64,000 nucleotides of DNA. Origin: Octopus vulgaris (lineage: Eukaryota). The notes under the pieces were generated by a model, which worked only from the letters and a program-made list of their open reading frames with translations, was not told the DNA's origin and searched no databases. The stretch spans positions 64,914,001 to 64,978,000 of the forward strand of contig OX597833.1 in the NCBI GenBank assembly GCA_951406725.2, given 5' to 3'. This document shows, piece by piece, positions 44,411-58,159 of the stretch; the stretch's first letter is position 1, and every line of letters starts with the position of its first letter. Made by a program: the position numbers and the translations under genes.

Positions 44411-44632
44411 TTATTTAACTAATAGGAAAAGAAAAACCCAAAAATTGATTTCTAGCGTGGCCTTAGATCGATATTCTATATAGATTGATATTCTATAAAC
44501 TTTGCGATAGGTTCAAGAAGGTATTTGACATCGAAACCAGAAATTGCACATTGATCATGTAGATCCAAACATGGTTTTCTGTAAGGTAAAAAGAAGAGAT
44601 CATCTTGGAAGTATTGAAGAAAATCGAAGTAC

Positions 44633-44842
44633 TTACTCTTTTACTTGTTTCAATCATTTGACTGTGGCCATGCTGGAGCACCGCCTTTAGTCGAGCAAAT
44701 CGACCCAGAACTTATTCGTTGTAAGCTTAGTACTAATTCTATCTACCGCTCTTTTGCTGAACCGCTAAGTTACGGGGGACGTAAACACACCAGCATGGGT
44801 TGTGAAGCGATATGCGATGTTGGGGGTGGGACAAATACAGAC
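44633..44842 (-). mobile_element. SINE family A, 3' half
   Basis: CTTTTACTTGTTTCAATCATTTGACTGTGGCCATGCTGGAGCACCGCC. Confidence 0.8.
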
Positions 44843-45259
44843 AGGAGGATGAGGGTGATATTGATGATGAGGAGGAGGAGGGGGAGGGGGAGGAGGAGGG
44901 CGGCAATGAAGTGATGAAAAAGAAACGAAGAAATATCAGGAAAGCTAAAATTATTGGAACTACGAAAAAGAATTAAGCAACTTGCTTGCACGTGTCCTGC
45001 CCACATCCTAGAAAATGAAAAAAAGAGAAAAAAAGCACGATAGGAACCGGAAGTTAGTTGCATCTCTTAAAACATTTTCAATATTTAAATATTACAAATT
45101 TCACAATGGGGTCTCGTTTCCCTTCAATATATCGTTGCTAATCAAAAGTTGCACCCCCCCCCTCATAGTCAAACGCGCAATTTGCACTTGCTTCAGGTCT
45201 CTTATTGAGGCCTAGAACACTCTGTTTAAAACAAAGCCATGGCGAAATAATAATAATAA

Positions 45260-45585
45260 TGAGAAGGAGAAGAAGAAGAAGAAGAAGAAGAAGAAGAAGA
45301 AGAAGAGAAGTAGGAAAGAAGAAGGAGGACAAGGAGAACAGGGAGGGGGAGGACAAGGAGGACAACGAGAGGAGAAGGAGGAGAAGGAGGATAGAGAGGG
45401 GAGGACAAGGACGAGGAGGAAGAGGAGGAGGGCAAGGACGAGGGGGAAGTGGAGGAGGGCAAGGAGGAGAAGGAAGTGGAGAAGAAGAAGAGAGAGAGAG
45501 AGAAGAAGAAGAAGAAGAAGAAGAAGAAGAAGAAGAAGAAGAAGAAGAAGAAGAAGAAGAAGAAGAAGAAGAAGAAGAAGAAGAA
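45260..45585. repeat. (GAA)n/(GGA)n purine tract
   Basis: Directly visible. Confidence 0.95.
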
Positions 45586-46170
45586 ACAACAATATTACAT
45601 TACCTTAATTAGTGTTGAAAAGTGAGGTCATTGAATTCGAACATTGTTCACTGGACCAATGTTCACGGATATGGTTATGACTTTTGCTGCTTTGTAGATG
45701 AAAGGCTCTCGCACAGAGAGGACTTTGGGGACCAATTATCCTACGTGAAAAATGGAAATCAGCACAAAAACTCTCGAGAATAAAACAGACTACAAATACG
45801 TAATAATTAAAATATTCACGAGGAAAAAAAGATTATTCAAAAATGAAAAGTTAATTAATAAATTATTAAAATTTCGTAGTTTGAATTGCAAATATTCAGA
45901 GGAAATGAATGGATAGGGAAATGAAATTTTCACTAAGCACATTATTTTCGTTATAAAATGTACATGTGTAGTATGATTGTATTATACAGTTCGTGTCTAA
46001 AGTGAGTTAAGGACCAGATGAATGTATAAAATTTGGGGACCATATTGGAATTAGCACTAACTTTTGTCTCTTGGCTCCAGTGGAGGTTGTTGTCTGTGGT
46101 TGTATTTTTTTTACAAACAAGGAGTGCTCACTGGATTCACGACGTTGGTCTGCTTGCGGTTCAGCAATAT

Positions 46171-46458
46171 TGTTCACATTAAGTGAAAAACAAATGTTCT
46201 CATTGTGAGAAGTACAGTTTGGGGACGTATCCTTCAACTAAAAGTTGTTCACTTTTTTTAATAGTGTATGTTTTTACAATAACATTTGCCATTTGTGAGA
46301 AAGCTGTATTTCAAGTGTTCACATGAAATGAAATTTTTTTCTCATTGTGAGAAGTATATTTTGGTGAGGTATCCTGCCACCAAAATTAGTTCACTGTTTG
46401 TAAATAGTGTGTATTTTTACAACTACGTTTACCAGTAATTGGAAAGCTGTATTTAAAG
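46171..46458. repeat. Diverged tandem duplication, 2 x about 144 bp
   Basis: TGTTCACAT...TTCTCATTGTGAGAAGTA...GAAAGCTGTATTT occurs twice. Confidence 0.8.
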
Positions 46459-46678
46459 TGGAGCAGTCCAGGTTCTAATCGGAGTACCATAGGGCTTGGA
46501 GTACCTGAATGCCCAGAAGATTTTTTTTTTTGCTGTGATTTGTTAAACTGTTGTTTTTCTTCGTCTAAACCCGAAACCATGTGGTCGGAGATCAAGCTTA
46601 TTACCACATAGCCACGCCTCTACCTATACTCTCACACACACATACACTTACACACACCCATACGCACACATATGTATA

Positions 46679-47466
46679 TACGGGGTGGGTAGAAAATGTT
46701 TTAAAGAGACAAAACTAACGGGGGATTTTTTTTCTTATTGTCTTATTTCTTACTTCTTATTTTCCAGATGGCCGGTCGCTTCACTGTTCTGGAGCAAGGT
46801 ATGGTAACAGCACGCAATGAGGTGTGGAATTTAATTGATTCGGTTCAGAGTTTGTGGCGTGCGTGTGAAGGTAAACATGCAGCGCTACATCTGGAGATAA
46901 TAAAAAGTTGTCATGCAAAGTTGATGACCAGGGGCTTTGTGAACGATGCGAGAAGAAGTGGCCGTCCACCACATGTCGATCAGCGAAGAACGTGGCAACA
47001 GTGTAGGAAATATTCAAAAATCAACACGCCAAGCAGCTCGTGAAAGTGGACTAACGAGACACACAATATGTATGGTGTTGCATGAAGAATTGAAATTTCA
47101 TACGTGGAAACGCCATTATGTGCAGGAACTAAAGCCTAAAGATTATAACTGCGAAAATCGAGATACACAGATCTCGCTCCGTGAGACTTTTACCTGTAGG
47201 TTTACACAAAAGAGAAGGTGAACAAGATAAAACATCACACACGGGAGGACTTGCAGGCACGGTTCTAGGAGGTTCTGAATATTATCCCATACGACGTCCT
47301 TGAGAACATTGTTCATTCCATCCCTGGACGTTCAAGGAAACTCTTTGACGCCACCGGTGCTTTATATAAAGATTCACATTCATTTCCCCATTTTTGAAGA
47401 ACATGGATCATTTGTCTCAATAAATTTGTAAAAGGAATATGGATTTTTTCAGCCACACTCTATGTA
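46679..47466 (+). mobile_element. Internally deleted Tc1/mariner-superfamily element
   Basis: TRGFVNDARRSGRP and KSTRQAARESGLTRHTICMVLHEELKFHTWKRHYVQELKPKD (transposase HTH region); imperfect TIRs TACGGGGTGGGTAGAAAA / TTTTCAGCCACACTCTATGTA. Confidence 0.8.
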
Positions 47467-47467
47467 C

Positions 47468-47530
<63 letters not shown>

Positions 47531-47532
<2 letters not shown>

Positions 47533-47534
47533 TT

Positions 47535-47578
<44 letters not shown>

Positions 47579-47800
47579 TACATGTATGTATGTGTATATA
47601 TGCATGCGAGTATGCATGTATACATGTATGTGCCTATATATGCACGTATTTATACACACGCACGCACACACACATATATATATATAGATTGATAGATAGA
47701 TAGATAGATAGATAGATATACATGTATGTATGTGTATATATGCATGCGAGTATGCATGTATACATGTATGTGCCTATATATGCACGTATTTATACACACG

Positions 47801-47840
<40 letters not shown>
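47531..47840. repeat. Tandem duplication of a compound microsatellite block
   Basis: CATGTATGTATGTGTATATATGCATGCGAGTATGC...CACGCAC repeated at 47581 and 47721. Confidence 0.85.
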
Positions 47841-47843
<3 letters not shown>

Positions 47844-48106
47844 GCATGAATGTACGTATGAACCTGCAATGCCATACGATTACCATTGAGTTTCCTGTGA
47901 CGCCTAACTTCAACGAATTTATCTGTAAGTATAGATTGCATATGGGAGATATCGTTATAAATATGTATATATATTTATTATCAATGATATCTCATTCAAC
48001 TCAGAAAGCTTGTAGATTTAATATTTCCAATATCAACTACACATTGAGGAATTAAAGACATCGAAACACAATGCAATATTCATACATACATACATACATA
48101 CATACA

Positions 48107-48154
<48 letters not shown>

Positions 48155-48157
48155 CAT

Positions 48158-48219
<62 letters not shown>

Positions 48220-49282
48220 TGTGTGTGTGAGAGAGAGACGGACAGACAAAAACAGAGAGTGAGAGACAAACAGAGCGAGACAGAGAGAGGGACAGAGCGT
48301 GAGAGAGTGTGACACGCATAAGTATACATATGTCAGACAAATACATGTTATACACACTATACATGAATATAAATACCCTTTCATACATTAACTTAGATGT
48401 TAGCATGTTTTCTTTTCATTCTGTGGGATATCTAACTTTATAATTAGGAATTACTGAATGATAACACACAGTTATGCATTCATACGATATTTATACATGC
48501 GTTAACAAATAAAACATATATATTTGCATACACACGCAGACACACACAAACACACTCACATATGTATGCATTAATATATGTGTGTATATGTTTCTCTGTG
48601 TGTATCAGTATGTGTACTAGTATACTTGTACTAGTGTACGTGTAGAAACAGATCTATCTATCCATCCATGACCAAATGCATATATGCAGATAAGTATATC
48701 GTTTTATACACACAAGTAGGGAGAATACAAGCGTTTATGCATGAACATATGTGTGTGCAAATGTGTGCAAATGCATATATATATATATATATATATATTT
48801 ATAAATGCATACAAGCTTGCATACATGCAGACATACATGCATATAATCTTCAAAAGAAAGCTAGTGATTTCGAATGTGATACGGCACATTGATATAATTA
48901 TTGCAGCAATGTTGCATTTCATATTGCAAAGCCTTATAACCACATTCCTTTGGTACAAACGTATATATTGACATGCATTCATATCTGTCTAGTACGCATG
49001 CGTCTCTAGATGTGTTTAAAAATGTAGCCTTCTCTTTGTAAAATATATTTATACCATTATATCTATATGCGATATCTATGTGATATCTATGTATAGATAT
49101 ATAAAACGTTTTTTTGCTTTCAAATGTTTGTATATGTCATATATTAGAGTGTGATCTCTTTGAAATATATGTATATGTCATGTATCTATGTGTGATATCA
49201 ATAGTATTTCAATGTATAAATTTATGTGTATGTGTATTTGTAAGCTAAGAGAAATGTATATGTAACGTTATGAATGGAATTA

Positions 49283-49385
<103 letters not shown>

Positions 49386-49931
49386 CTTAGATATATACTT
49401 ATATACACGAACTCACGCATTTATAAGTATTTTCATGTGTTTATAGATTGGCAATGTGATTGATTGTATCAGTGATATTTTTTTTTTATCAATTATTTAT
49501 TGATATATTTTTTTCGTCATGTATCTAATCCATTCGAATTTTTATAGCAAAATCAAGATAGTTCTATCTAACCATTCACAATGTTAAAACATGGCGGCCG
49601 AAATATAATTGCTTCGATTCTACGTTTTCCTGCTTCGAACGCATTCAAAATGGCCGATATTTTTTCTTTCTCTTTGAAACCGAACTCTCTATTTATGGTT
49701 ACATATTTGTAAAATACAATAGCTCAGTATTTTTCTGTTAGGAGTGAGAATTTTGCATCTTGTTCTGAGTAAATATAAATGTATTCCCATATAAGAAATA
49801 TAAGAAATATATATATATAAGAATATAAGAAAGACTATTTCCCGTCCACTCAGTCTATGGCAGTTCTCATCGTCATCGTCATCGGGGGTTGTCATCGTCG
49901 TCGTCGAGCTAACAGTAGTAGCAGCAGCAAC

Positions 49932-50158
49932 TCTCTCTACTCTCTTTTACTCTTTTACTCTTTTACTTGTTTCAGTCAGTTGACTGCGGCCATGCTGGGG
50001 CACCGCCTTTAGTCGAGCAAATCGACCCCGGGACTTATTCTTTGTAAACCCAGTACTTATTCTATCGGTCTCTTTTGCCGAACCGCTAAGTGACGGGGAC
50101 GTAAACACACCAGCATCGGTTGTCAAGCAATGCTAGGGGGACAAACACAGACACACAA

Positions 50159-50221
<63 letters not shown>

Positions 50222-50393
50222 CATATATACGACAGGCTTCTTTCAGTTTCCGTCTACCAAATCCACTCACAAGGCATTGGTCGGCCCGGGGCTATAGCAG
50301 AAGACACTTGCTCAAGATGCCACGCAGTGGGACTGAAAACGGAACCATGTGGTTGGTTAGCAAGCTACTTACCACACAGCCACTCCTGCGCCT
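49932..50393 (-). mobile_element. SINE family A, full length
   Basis: Complete head, internal microsatellite and (CTTTTACT)n tail. Confidence 0.92.
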
Positions 50394-50798
50394 GTTGGTA
50401 TTTTAAAAGGATTTGTTGGTTACATAACTGCTACTTATTGTGTATGAAGCATGCTATTCACTTCGATATTTTCCGATTGTTTTCTTGTGTAGTTTCACTT
50501 CAGCGTCGTTTTAGTTCTCCGTATCAAACCACAAATACAATGCATCCCTCCAGGTCAAATAGCTTTGAACATTAACACGAATGTTAAGGTTGATGAGGTG
50601 GGGAATGTGTGATGAAATCCCCGTCAAGATGAATACAAGAGATCTTATTGAGGAATCCTCACAACTTATTAAGGCTTATATGATTTTACTACAGGCTAGA
50701 TGACCGCAACTGGCATTTCTTTGATCATATGCCTGCGTGATAAACAGATGGCCTGAGATGAAGCTACAACAACAATAACCATTAAATGGCCCGATATA

Positions 50799-51362
50799 TT
50801 GGTTTGTCCGGAAAGTTCGTTCCGATTTTTAAAGGAAAGAAAAACGTCAAATATACTTGCCATTACATTTTTAATCAACCAATTGTCAACCATTTTGTTT
50901 CACAATGCGTCTCCATCTTTCCTTTAACTTGAAAATACCCTCTTCCCAGAATTGAGGTGGTTTTCATGGCAAAGAATTCATCAAGGTATCTTTTTACGCC
51001 ATCCAAGGAATTGAAATTTTTACCAATAACTCTATTCTGCAGTGGCCTGAATAAGTGGAAATCTGAAGGAGCAATATCTGGTGAATATGGAGGGTGGGGT
51101 AACACATCCCAGCCGAGCTGCAGCAATTTTTTTCTAGTTCCCGAAGCATCAAGTGCCGAAAATGAACTTTCTTATCTTCCATTTTAAAGGGTTACAAAAT
51201 TAACAGTTTATAGGAACATAAACTTTCTTCCACGAAAATATTGCTTAAACCGTGCTCCAAATAGAAGTGTAATCAAATCCTATTTTATGGACTCACCAAT
51301 GTTCTAAAATATGTCGGAAGGTAAGCTACTATAAATCGGCACGAAATTTCCGGACAACCCAA
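50799..51362 (-). mobile_element. Internally deleted mariner element with TIRs and TA TSD
   Basis: TA-TTGGTTTGTCCGGAAAGTTCGTTCCGATTT ... AAATCGGCACGAAATTTCCGGACAACCCAA-TA; LGWDVLPHPPYSPDIAPSDFHLF motif; N-terminus MEDKKVHFRHLML. Confidence 0.95.
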
Positions 51363-53504
51363 TACCTTGTTTTACTTTATTTTGTATTTGAGTTTGTTGT
51401 TATTGTTATTTCTGTTTTTTTTAGTTGTTATTATTGTTATTGTAGTTAATCCATGGTCAATAGTAGTCTCAGTCAAAGCTATGATCAATAGTATTCTCAC
51501 CATGACCCTCCCACTTTATTTTGAGGCGTAATCCTCCTAGGTCCACATTTGTTCAAATGTCCTACATTTTTAAAGGCAGTAGTAATTCGAGAGTGATTTA
51601 GCTGCTATTTCGAGCAAGTCGATCGTCCACCTAGGAAACAACCCTTTTTTTGTAACGTGTTTCAAAGACGCGCTTCAGAAACTTAAGCTTAACATTTGAA
51701 TTCCACTCATTCCTTCATGTTTTTTTTTTTTTATTTTTCCAAAAAACCTCGCGGATCTTATTGTATTTTCCTCCTTTTCTTGTCTTATGAGATTTTCTGC
51801 ATCACTAGAGAAAGGCGTTATCTACAAGTTGCATAGATAATCACAGCTAACTAATGCTTTCGTGTTTATTTTTTTCAACTCACACATGTGAGACCCAACC
51901 TCGTGGTGTGTATGACATTTCGAATCGTACCCCCATTATACGCTCACGTATCATTAGCTCACCGTTCATACAGAAAACACCATTAACAGGTCATTTTCTT
52001 TTTTCTTTTCTTTTCATTTCTTCTTCGTATGAATTATTCTCTTTCCTGTTCATTAGTCAACATTAAATTTGAATTTGATTACAAGTTATAATTTGATATT
52101 ATAATGTTAAAGCAAAGAAAAAAACCCTTTGAGATTTCAGCTAATGATAACTTTTGCTATCTCTCTTTCATGTTCGTGTATCGCAGAGTATTATTAAAGC
52201 TTGGCAAGGACGCGATAAATTTATCAACATCTTTAGGGCGACTGACAAAAGCCAATGCAACGTTTCGGTATTTAGCTACGACATATTAGATTGCGGGTTC
52301 AAAATTTGCCAAAGATAACCTTACATTTCATCATGGCTTGGTCGATAATTTAAACTACAATTCGACATGGGCGATATAACACTGCTCACTATCAAAGAAA
52401 ATGTTACCATGTGACTATGTATTAAATTAATAATCTTTCTTTCTTCATGCAATATTCCTAAAGGTGTCGGCGATCTATAACCTCAATGCTTTCCTGAGCT
52501 TCACGCAACTTAGGATATTAAATAAGCTGGTCTTTCTAAAACCTGTTGCTTAGGCCATCGTGTAACATTTCACCAGGCCCTACCGTACATCTTTTTTTCC
52601 TTTTAGTTTCCCGGTTGTCACCAGTCCCAAGAATAACATTAGACATTAATCTTCATCGAGTGGTGATGGAAGCGAGCAATTCAAATGGGAGTCAATGATC
52701 TGAAATACTTAATAGAATTATTAATTATAAATAATTAATATAGTTAATACTAAGTTGGCGTAATTAAATTTTCCGAGAGAAGTAATGAAAAGGGCAGTTG
52801 TGAATTAATAAAATGGTGTTTGTGGCTTAAATATTACAAGATGAATAAGGACGGATGAGTAAGTATAAATCCCGATGGGATTTCATTATATGTGAGTAAT
52901 TAAGTTCAGAGTTTATAGACTTAAATTTAAGTGTCAAGTTTCACCGAGTCTCTCGGCTATTACAACCTTAAATATTGCTCGCATCTTTGTAGAATACTGA
53001 TACGATTGCTGGGGTGATGAATAACATGTTTATTGAAAATCTCATGAGTTACAACACATTCTGCAATAGAGAAATGCAGTTCCTTATTTCTGGTTACACG
53101 CTGCTCGTTCAGAAGTTTGAGCGTTGCATTCGTAAGTACGGGAGATTTTTAGCAAAAGCACTGATTTTTTTTTTGGTTTGATGTGCAACGTGTAACCCAC
53201 ACTCTGCAAAACGGAACTGTAGTTCTTCATTTTACTCACAAACTGCAAACTCAAGATCTTCAACATTACGTTCGCAAGTTTTATATGTTTGGGTGCTTTT
53301 GAGTTAAAGCACCGATTGTTGCTTGGATGTAATATCTGTAACTCACATAATCATATTTAATGTATCAATAATTACACTGTATCCGGTGATAGTTCGGGTG
53401 TTCATCAGTATGAGAGTATGGAGTAACCCTTAGGAATCACTATTCACAGATGTGATCCGACAGGGGCTCCACTTATAAGTCCAACAGCAGAACATTGGGA
53501 TCTT

Positions 53505-53768
53505 GCGGTTCCAGGTTCAATCCCACTTCGGCACCTTCGGCAAGTGTCTTCTACTATAGCCTCAGGTCGACCAAAGCCGGGCGAGATGCTTAGCGCTATT
53601 TCGTCTATACTAACGTTCTGAGTTCAAATTCCACCGAGGTCGACTTTGCCTTTCATCCTATCGGGGTCCATTAAACAAGAACCAGTTACACGCTGGAGTC
53701 GGATGTAATCAAATTAAGCCCTTTGTATGTCCTTGTTTGTCCCTTCTATGTTTAACCCCTTGTGGGCA

Positions 53769-53810
<42 letters not shown>

Positions 53811-53992
53811 ACCCGTTAGTTTACACGCTTTTTTCTCTTCTTGTTTCTTTTCTGTGTATCTTTCTGTTGAAGAGCGTAGGCTCGAAACGTAAAAGACTTG
53901 TTCTATTTCTATTCCTGAGCGCCATACTAATACATTTGTTTGTTTGTACTCCACCTGCCTTCGTCTTTTGTTTATTTTTGTTAACCTTCCCG

Positions 53993-54049
<57 letters not shown>

Positions 54050-54250
54050 TGTGTGTCTGTGTTTCTCTTCCTACCATCTCCCACTGTTTCCCACCGCTGT
54101 TGTTGCGTTTAGCTGGCGGTTCGGGCAAACGTGCGCGACGGTATAAGTACTAGGCTTACAAAGAATAATTCCTGAAGTCGAGTTGTCCGACTAAAGGTGG
54201 CACTCCAGCATGGCCGCACTCAAACGACTAAAACAAGTAAAAGAGTAAAA
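53505..54250 (+). mobile_element. Composite: SINE A halves (53505-53578, 54046-54250) around SINE B (53577-53770) and an HHR element (53808-53995)
   Basis: Family A head and tail separated by the B core and a (TA)n-flanked insert. Confidence 0.8.
53859..53896 (+). ncRNA. Minimal hammerhead motif, A6U variant
   Basis: TCTTT-CTGTTGA-A-GAGC-GTAG-GCTC-GAAA-CG-TA-AAAGA. Confidence 0.65.
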
Positions 54251-54451
54251 GATTATTTTGTGTTGTCTGGGGAGAGTCATTCTCTTTAGTGCCTTATTAT
54301 TTAACACACTCACCGGTAAAGTTTCTACTCATATATATATATATATATATATGCTTCAACAGACGAACTCACTTAAAGAGTCTTGCAAACCGCCATGATT
54401 GACTGCTAGCTCAAAACGTTTTTTTCTCTCTGTGTTTATTTTCTCGTGTTC

Positions 54452-54487
54452 CTTTCTGTCGAGGAGCGTAGGCTCGAAACGTAAAAG
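54452..54487 (+). ncRNA. Minimal hammerhead motif, A6U variant
   Basis: CTTT-CTGTCGA-G-GAGC-GTAG-GCTC-GAAA-CG-TA-AAAG; element about 54352-54578. Confidence 0.62.
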
Positions 54488-54618
54488 AGTATCTCACCTT
54501 CCCGAGCGTTAAACTAATACACCTGTTTCGTATTTATACACCTGTTTTCATCTTTCGTTTTTCTGTAAATTTCAGCTACACACACACACACACACATTTA
54601 TATATACAAATATGCATA

Positions 54619-54677
<59 letters not shown>

Positions 54678-54681
<4 letters not shown>

Positions 54682-54873
54682 GAAGAAAATGCTGACAAAT
54701 AATTGAAGTAATTTAAGTAATTTAATTAGGTGAAAGTACCGGTTGCGCATTTGTTATGCTTATCAAAATAAGCATATTTTGATAAGCATAACAAATGCGC
54801 AACCGGTAAAAGAACTTTCACCTAATTAAATTACTTAAATTACTTCAATTATTTGTCAGCATTTTCTTCATTT
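54678..54873. repeat. Near-perfect 93-bp palindrome with 4-nt loop
   Basis: 54678-54770 is the reverse complement of 54775-54873 apart from a 6-nt insert AAAAGA (54808-54813). Confidence 0.95.
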
Positions 54874-54914
54874 CCTTTTATATATCACCACTCGTGTTCG
54901 ACATCTCCTTTTTT

Positions 54915-54971
<57 letters not shown>

Positions 54972-55007
54972 GTATGAATGTATGTAGGTATGCATGTATG
55001 TATGTGT

Positions 55008-55087
<80 letters not shown>

Positions 55088-55577
55088 TATTTTTGCTACT
55101 GATACCAGCTGCTCGGTTTGGAAGCCAACGTGCAAGATATTATTACAAGATACTAAAGCAATGTCATCCACCCTTTGACAAATCTGACTTCTATACCCGC
55201 AAAATGTCCACAACATCATGCTTAACTAGCAAACCAGGCGGGGGGGAGCCGGGTTATTCGCCGAACACTCGTCCAGTATTCAAATTTGTAACAGAAATAT
55301 TCGACAGGGAGTTATTTCAATCTGATTACGTTGTAACACATTATTATAGCTTATAAACCTCCTCGTGAATATATAATGCATAACGAAGGCCATAAATCAT
55401 ATTAACGCAGGAGCTGACTGACCATAAGTTTGCCTCAGTAGAAAATAAATATTCTATTATCCGAGTGAAACAAGTCAATATTTATAAAGATAGATTAATA
55501 AGCATTTATATGAATGCTAATTTATACCAAGTCCTGCGGCTCTACGTACGTGCGTGTGTATATGTGTGTGTATACGA

Positions 55578-55670
<93 letters not shown>

Positions 55671-55820
55671 ATATATATTTGTATATACATAAATATATAT
55701 ATATATATATATATATTGATTATTCATACATATAAACAATTACACACACACACACATATATATGCGTGTGTTATATATATATGTATATATATGTATGTAT
55801 ACACATATATGTATATATAT

Positions 55821-55889
<69 letters not shown>

Positions 55890-56145
55890 ATATCATATAT
55901 ATATATGAGTGTGTGTGTATGTACTGATATACATATGGGCGGGCGTATGTAGATAGATGTGTGTAGGGTGGATTATATACGTCACGTTGACAGATAGTAC
56001 ATAGATGAAACGAGAATATATTTATTACCTTCAGGAAAGAAATCAAAGACTTAAGAAATATTCATATTTCCGCGCATTAGAATAAAATGAAAACACTGTA
56101 TTTTTTGTCGCGAGTGAAACATCGGAGCTCATATATACATACATA

Positions 56146-56203
<58 letters not shown>

Positions 56204-56328
56204 CACACACATACGTATGCACACAGGCATATATATATAGGGAGAGTTTACGAAAAAAACAAAAGACGAAGACAGATGGTGTACAAAACAAACAGATGTA
56301 TTAGTATAACGCTTAGGAAAAGAAAAGT

Positions 56329-56364
56329 CTTTTACATTTCGAGCCTACGCTCTTCTACAGAAAG
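56329..56364 (-). ncRNA. Minimal hammerhead motif, A6U variant
   Basis: Minus: CTTT-CTGTAGA-A-GAGC-GTAG-GCTC-GAAA-TG-TA-AAAG; element about 56240-56372 ends at (TA)n. Confidence 0.6.
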
Positions 56365-57820
56365 GGACACAAGGCCAGTTATTAGGACACGAGTTTAACG
56401 AAAATGCCTTCCCTTTGAGGTGCAGCTAAAGATCTGAAATGTTTCGTCTGCCTTGGTTCCACTGAGATGCCTGAATCATTTTCTCCTGGCGGAACCGATG
56501 TGCTTAGAAGTCACCAATGTACTAGTCTGGATTGGACAATTTATTTTTACTGTCCTTAACAAGTATAAAATACAAAATTGTCATTGGCTAGAATTGAACC
56601 CAGAGTACAGAAATTTAGAATGAATACCGAAAGGACTCAGCCAGTTCGCTCCCATTTATCATACTGTTTATCACGTTCACCAAGATGAATATATCTAACA
56701 ATGGTTACTATAGTATCAAAGCGGATGACTTCAGTTGCTGCATATCTCTTTACATGTTTCCTATATATTTATTTCTAGAACATCTCCCTATTTCCGTCAC
56801 ACTTCAGTTTGCATAACGCTCGTTCCAGTGTATAAGCATCATTTGGAGAAATCACTATATCTTCAGCAAACCTTAAAGGTCTTTAAAAAAATTACTATTT
56901 GTCTTTGTTCTTTTTTTTGTTTTTACGCTTATTCCATTTCCATCTCGCATATATCTTTTGAAGATACGTTCCGAAGTAGTAATAAAGAGTTGGAGCAATA
57001 GTATACCCCATTTACTTTCCTCACCTCTCACTATTGACTATTTTTCGCTTTCAGAGTCAAAACCTTCAACCGATGTTTCTTACCTTTGACTAAAAATTCT
57101 GTATGAATTATGACTGGTGAGAAACAAACAAAAAATTAGTTTTCTTATTCATCGTTATTCATCCATCTTGTTTTGTTTTTTTTATAGTATACACCAATCT
57201 TTAATATTCCGATACTTCATGACGATTTTCGTACGCATGTACGATTATTGTACGATTATTCATGACGTTGTATTACGCATGCGCTGATGATTATCAATCG
57301 ATTCTAACGTACATAGATTCACCATTAAGATAGAGTTTAGAAATAAAATGTATATAAAGAAAAGATGTAACAAAAACTAACTAATTGGTAGAATAATATA
57401 CCATTTACTGGTGAGAACTGTATTGAATCTTATCTCCCTTCTGCAAGTGGAATTAATCTTAATTGCTACTTGGCAATTATGACTCATCCTTTACAGGCAG
57501 AGAGGCTTTCATTAAATCAAACATTTATGTTTGTATGTTATTTGACAGAGCTATATTTGTTTATCGTATTCAAATTTATGCCATCGGCCACATTGAGTTA
57601 TTTCTCTGTGTTCGTTTTTGCTTAGATTTTTATCTAATCGAATAATGGAAAAGTATTTCTGGCGTACGTGAGATAGTACGAAGCAACGAGATATAACTTA
57701 CGTTGTTGTGTTAACTCGTCTTGCAAAAAGAAGAAAAAAAAATGGCAGTCAAATATTGCTATTGTTTTAAACAAAGCTTAATTTTTGGTTAACGCAGCGT
57801 GTGTAGCGCCGACATGGTGA

Positions 57821-58141
57821 GGGCGCGTGGCTTAGTAGTTAGGGCATTCGGCTCATGATCGTAAGGTTGTGAGTTCGATTCCCGGCGATGCGTTGTGTCC
57901 TTGAGCAAGACACTTTATTTCACGTTGCTCCAGTCCACTCAGCTGGCAAAAATGAGTTGTATTTGTATTTCAAAGGGTCAGCCTTGTCACTCTCTGTGTC
58001 ACGCTGATTATCCTCGAGAACTACGTTAAGGGTACACGTGTCTGTGGAATGCTCAGCCATTTGCACGTTAATTTCACGAGCAAGCTGTTCCGTTGATCGT
58101 ATCAGCTGGGACCCTCGTCGTCGTAACCGGCGGAGTCTTTA
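57821..58141 (+). mobile_element. tRNA-derived SINE family D, full length with 16-bp TSD
   Basis: GGCGCGTGGCTTAGTAGTTAGGG...GAGTTCGATTCCC head; AGCGCCGACATG(G/A)TGA at 57805-57820 and 58142-58157. Confidence 0.92.
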
Positions 58142-58159
58142 AGCGCCGACATGATGATA

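Noticed and set aside
45205-45612. R/G/E-rich 135-aa ORF
   Set aside because: Product of GAA/GGA repeats.
55425-55485. Hairpin followed by GAAACAAGTC resembling an HHR 3' half
   Set aside because: No CUGANGA box or stem I in the required position.
57821-57890. tRNA gene
   Set aside because: A/B boxes are present but there is no full cloverleaf; it continues into a repeated SINE body with a TSD.
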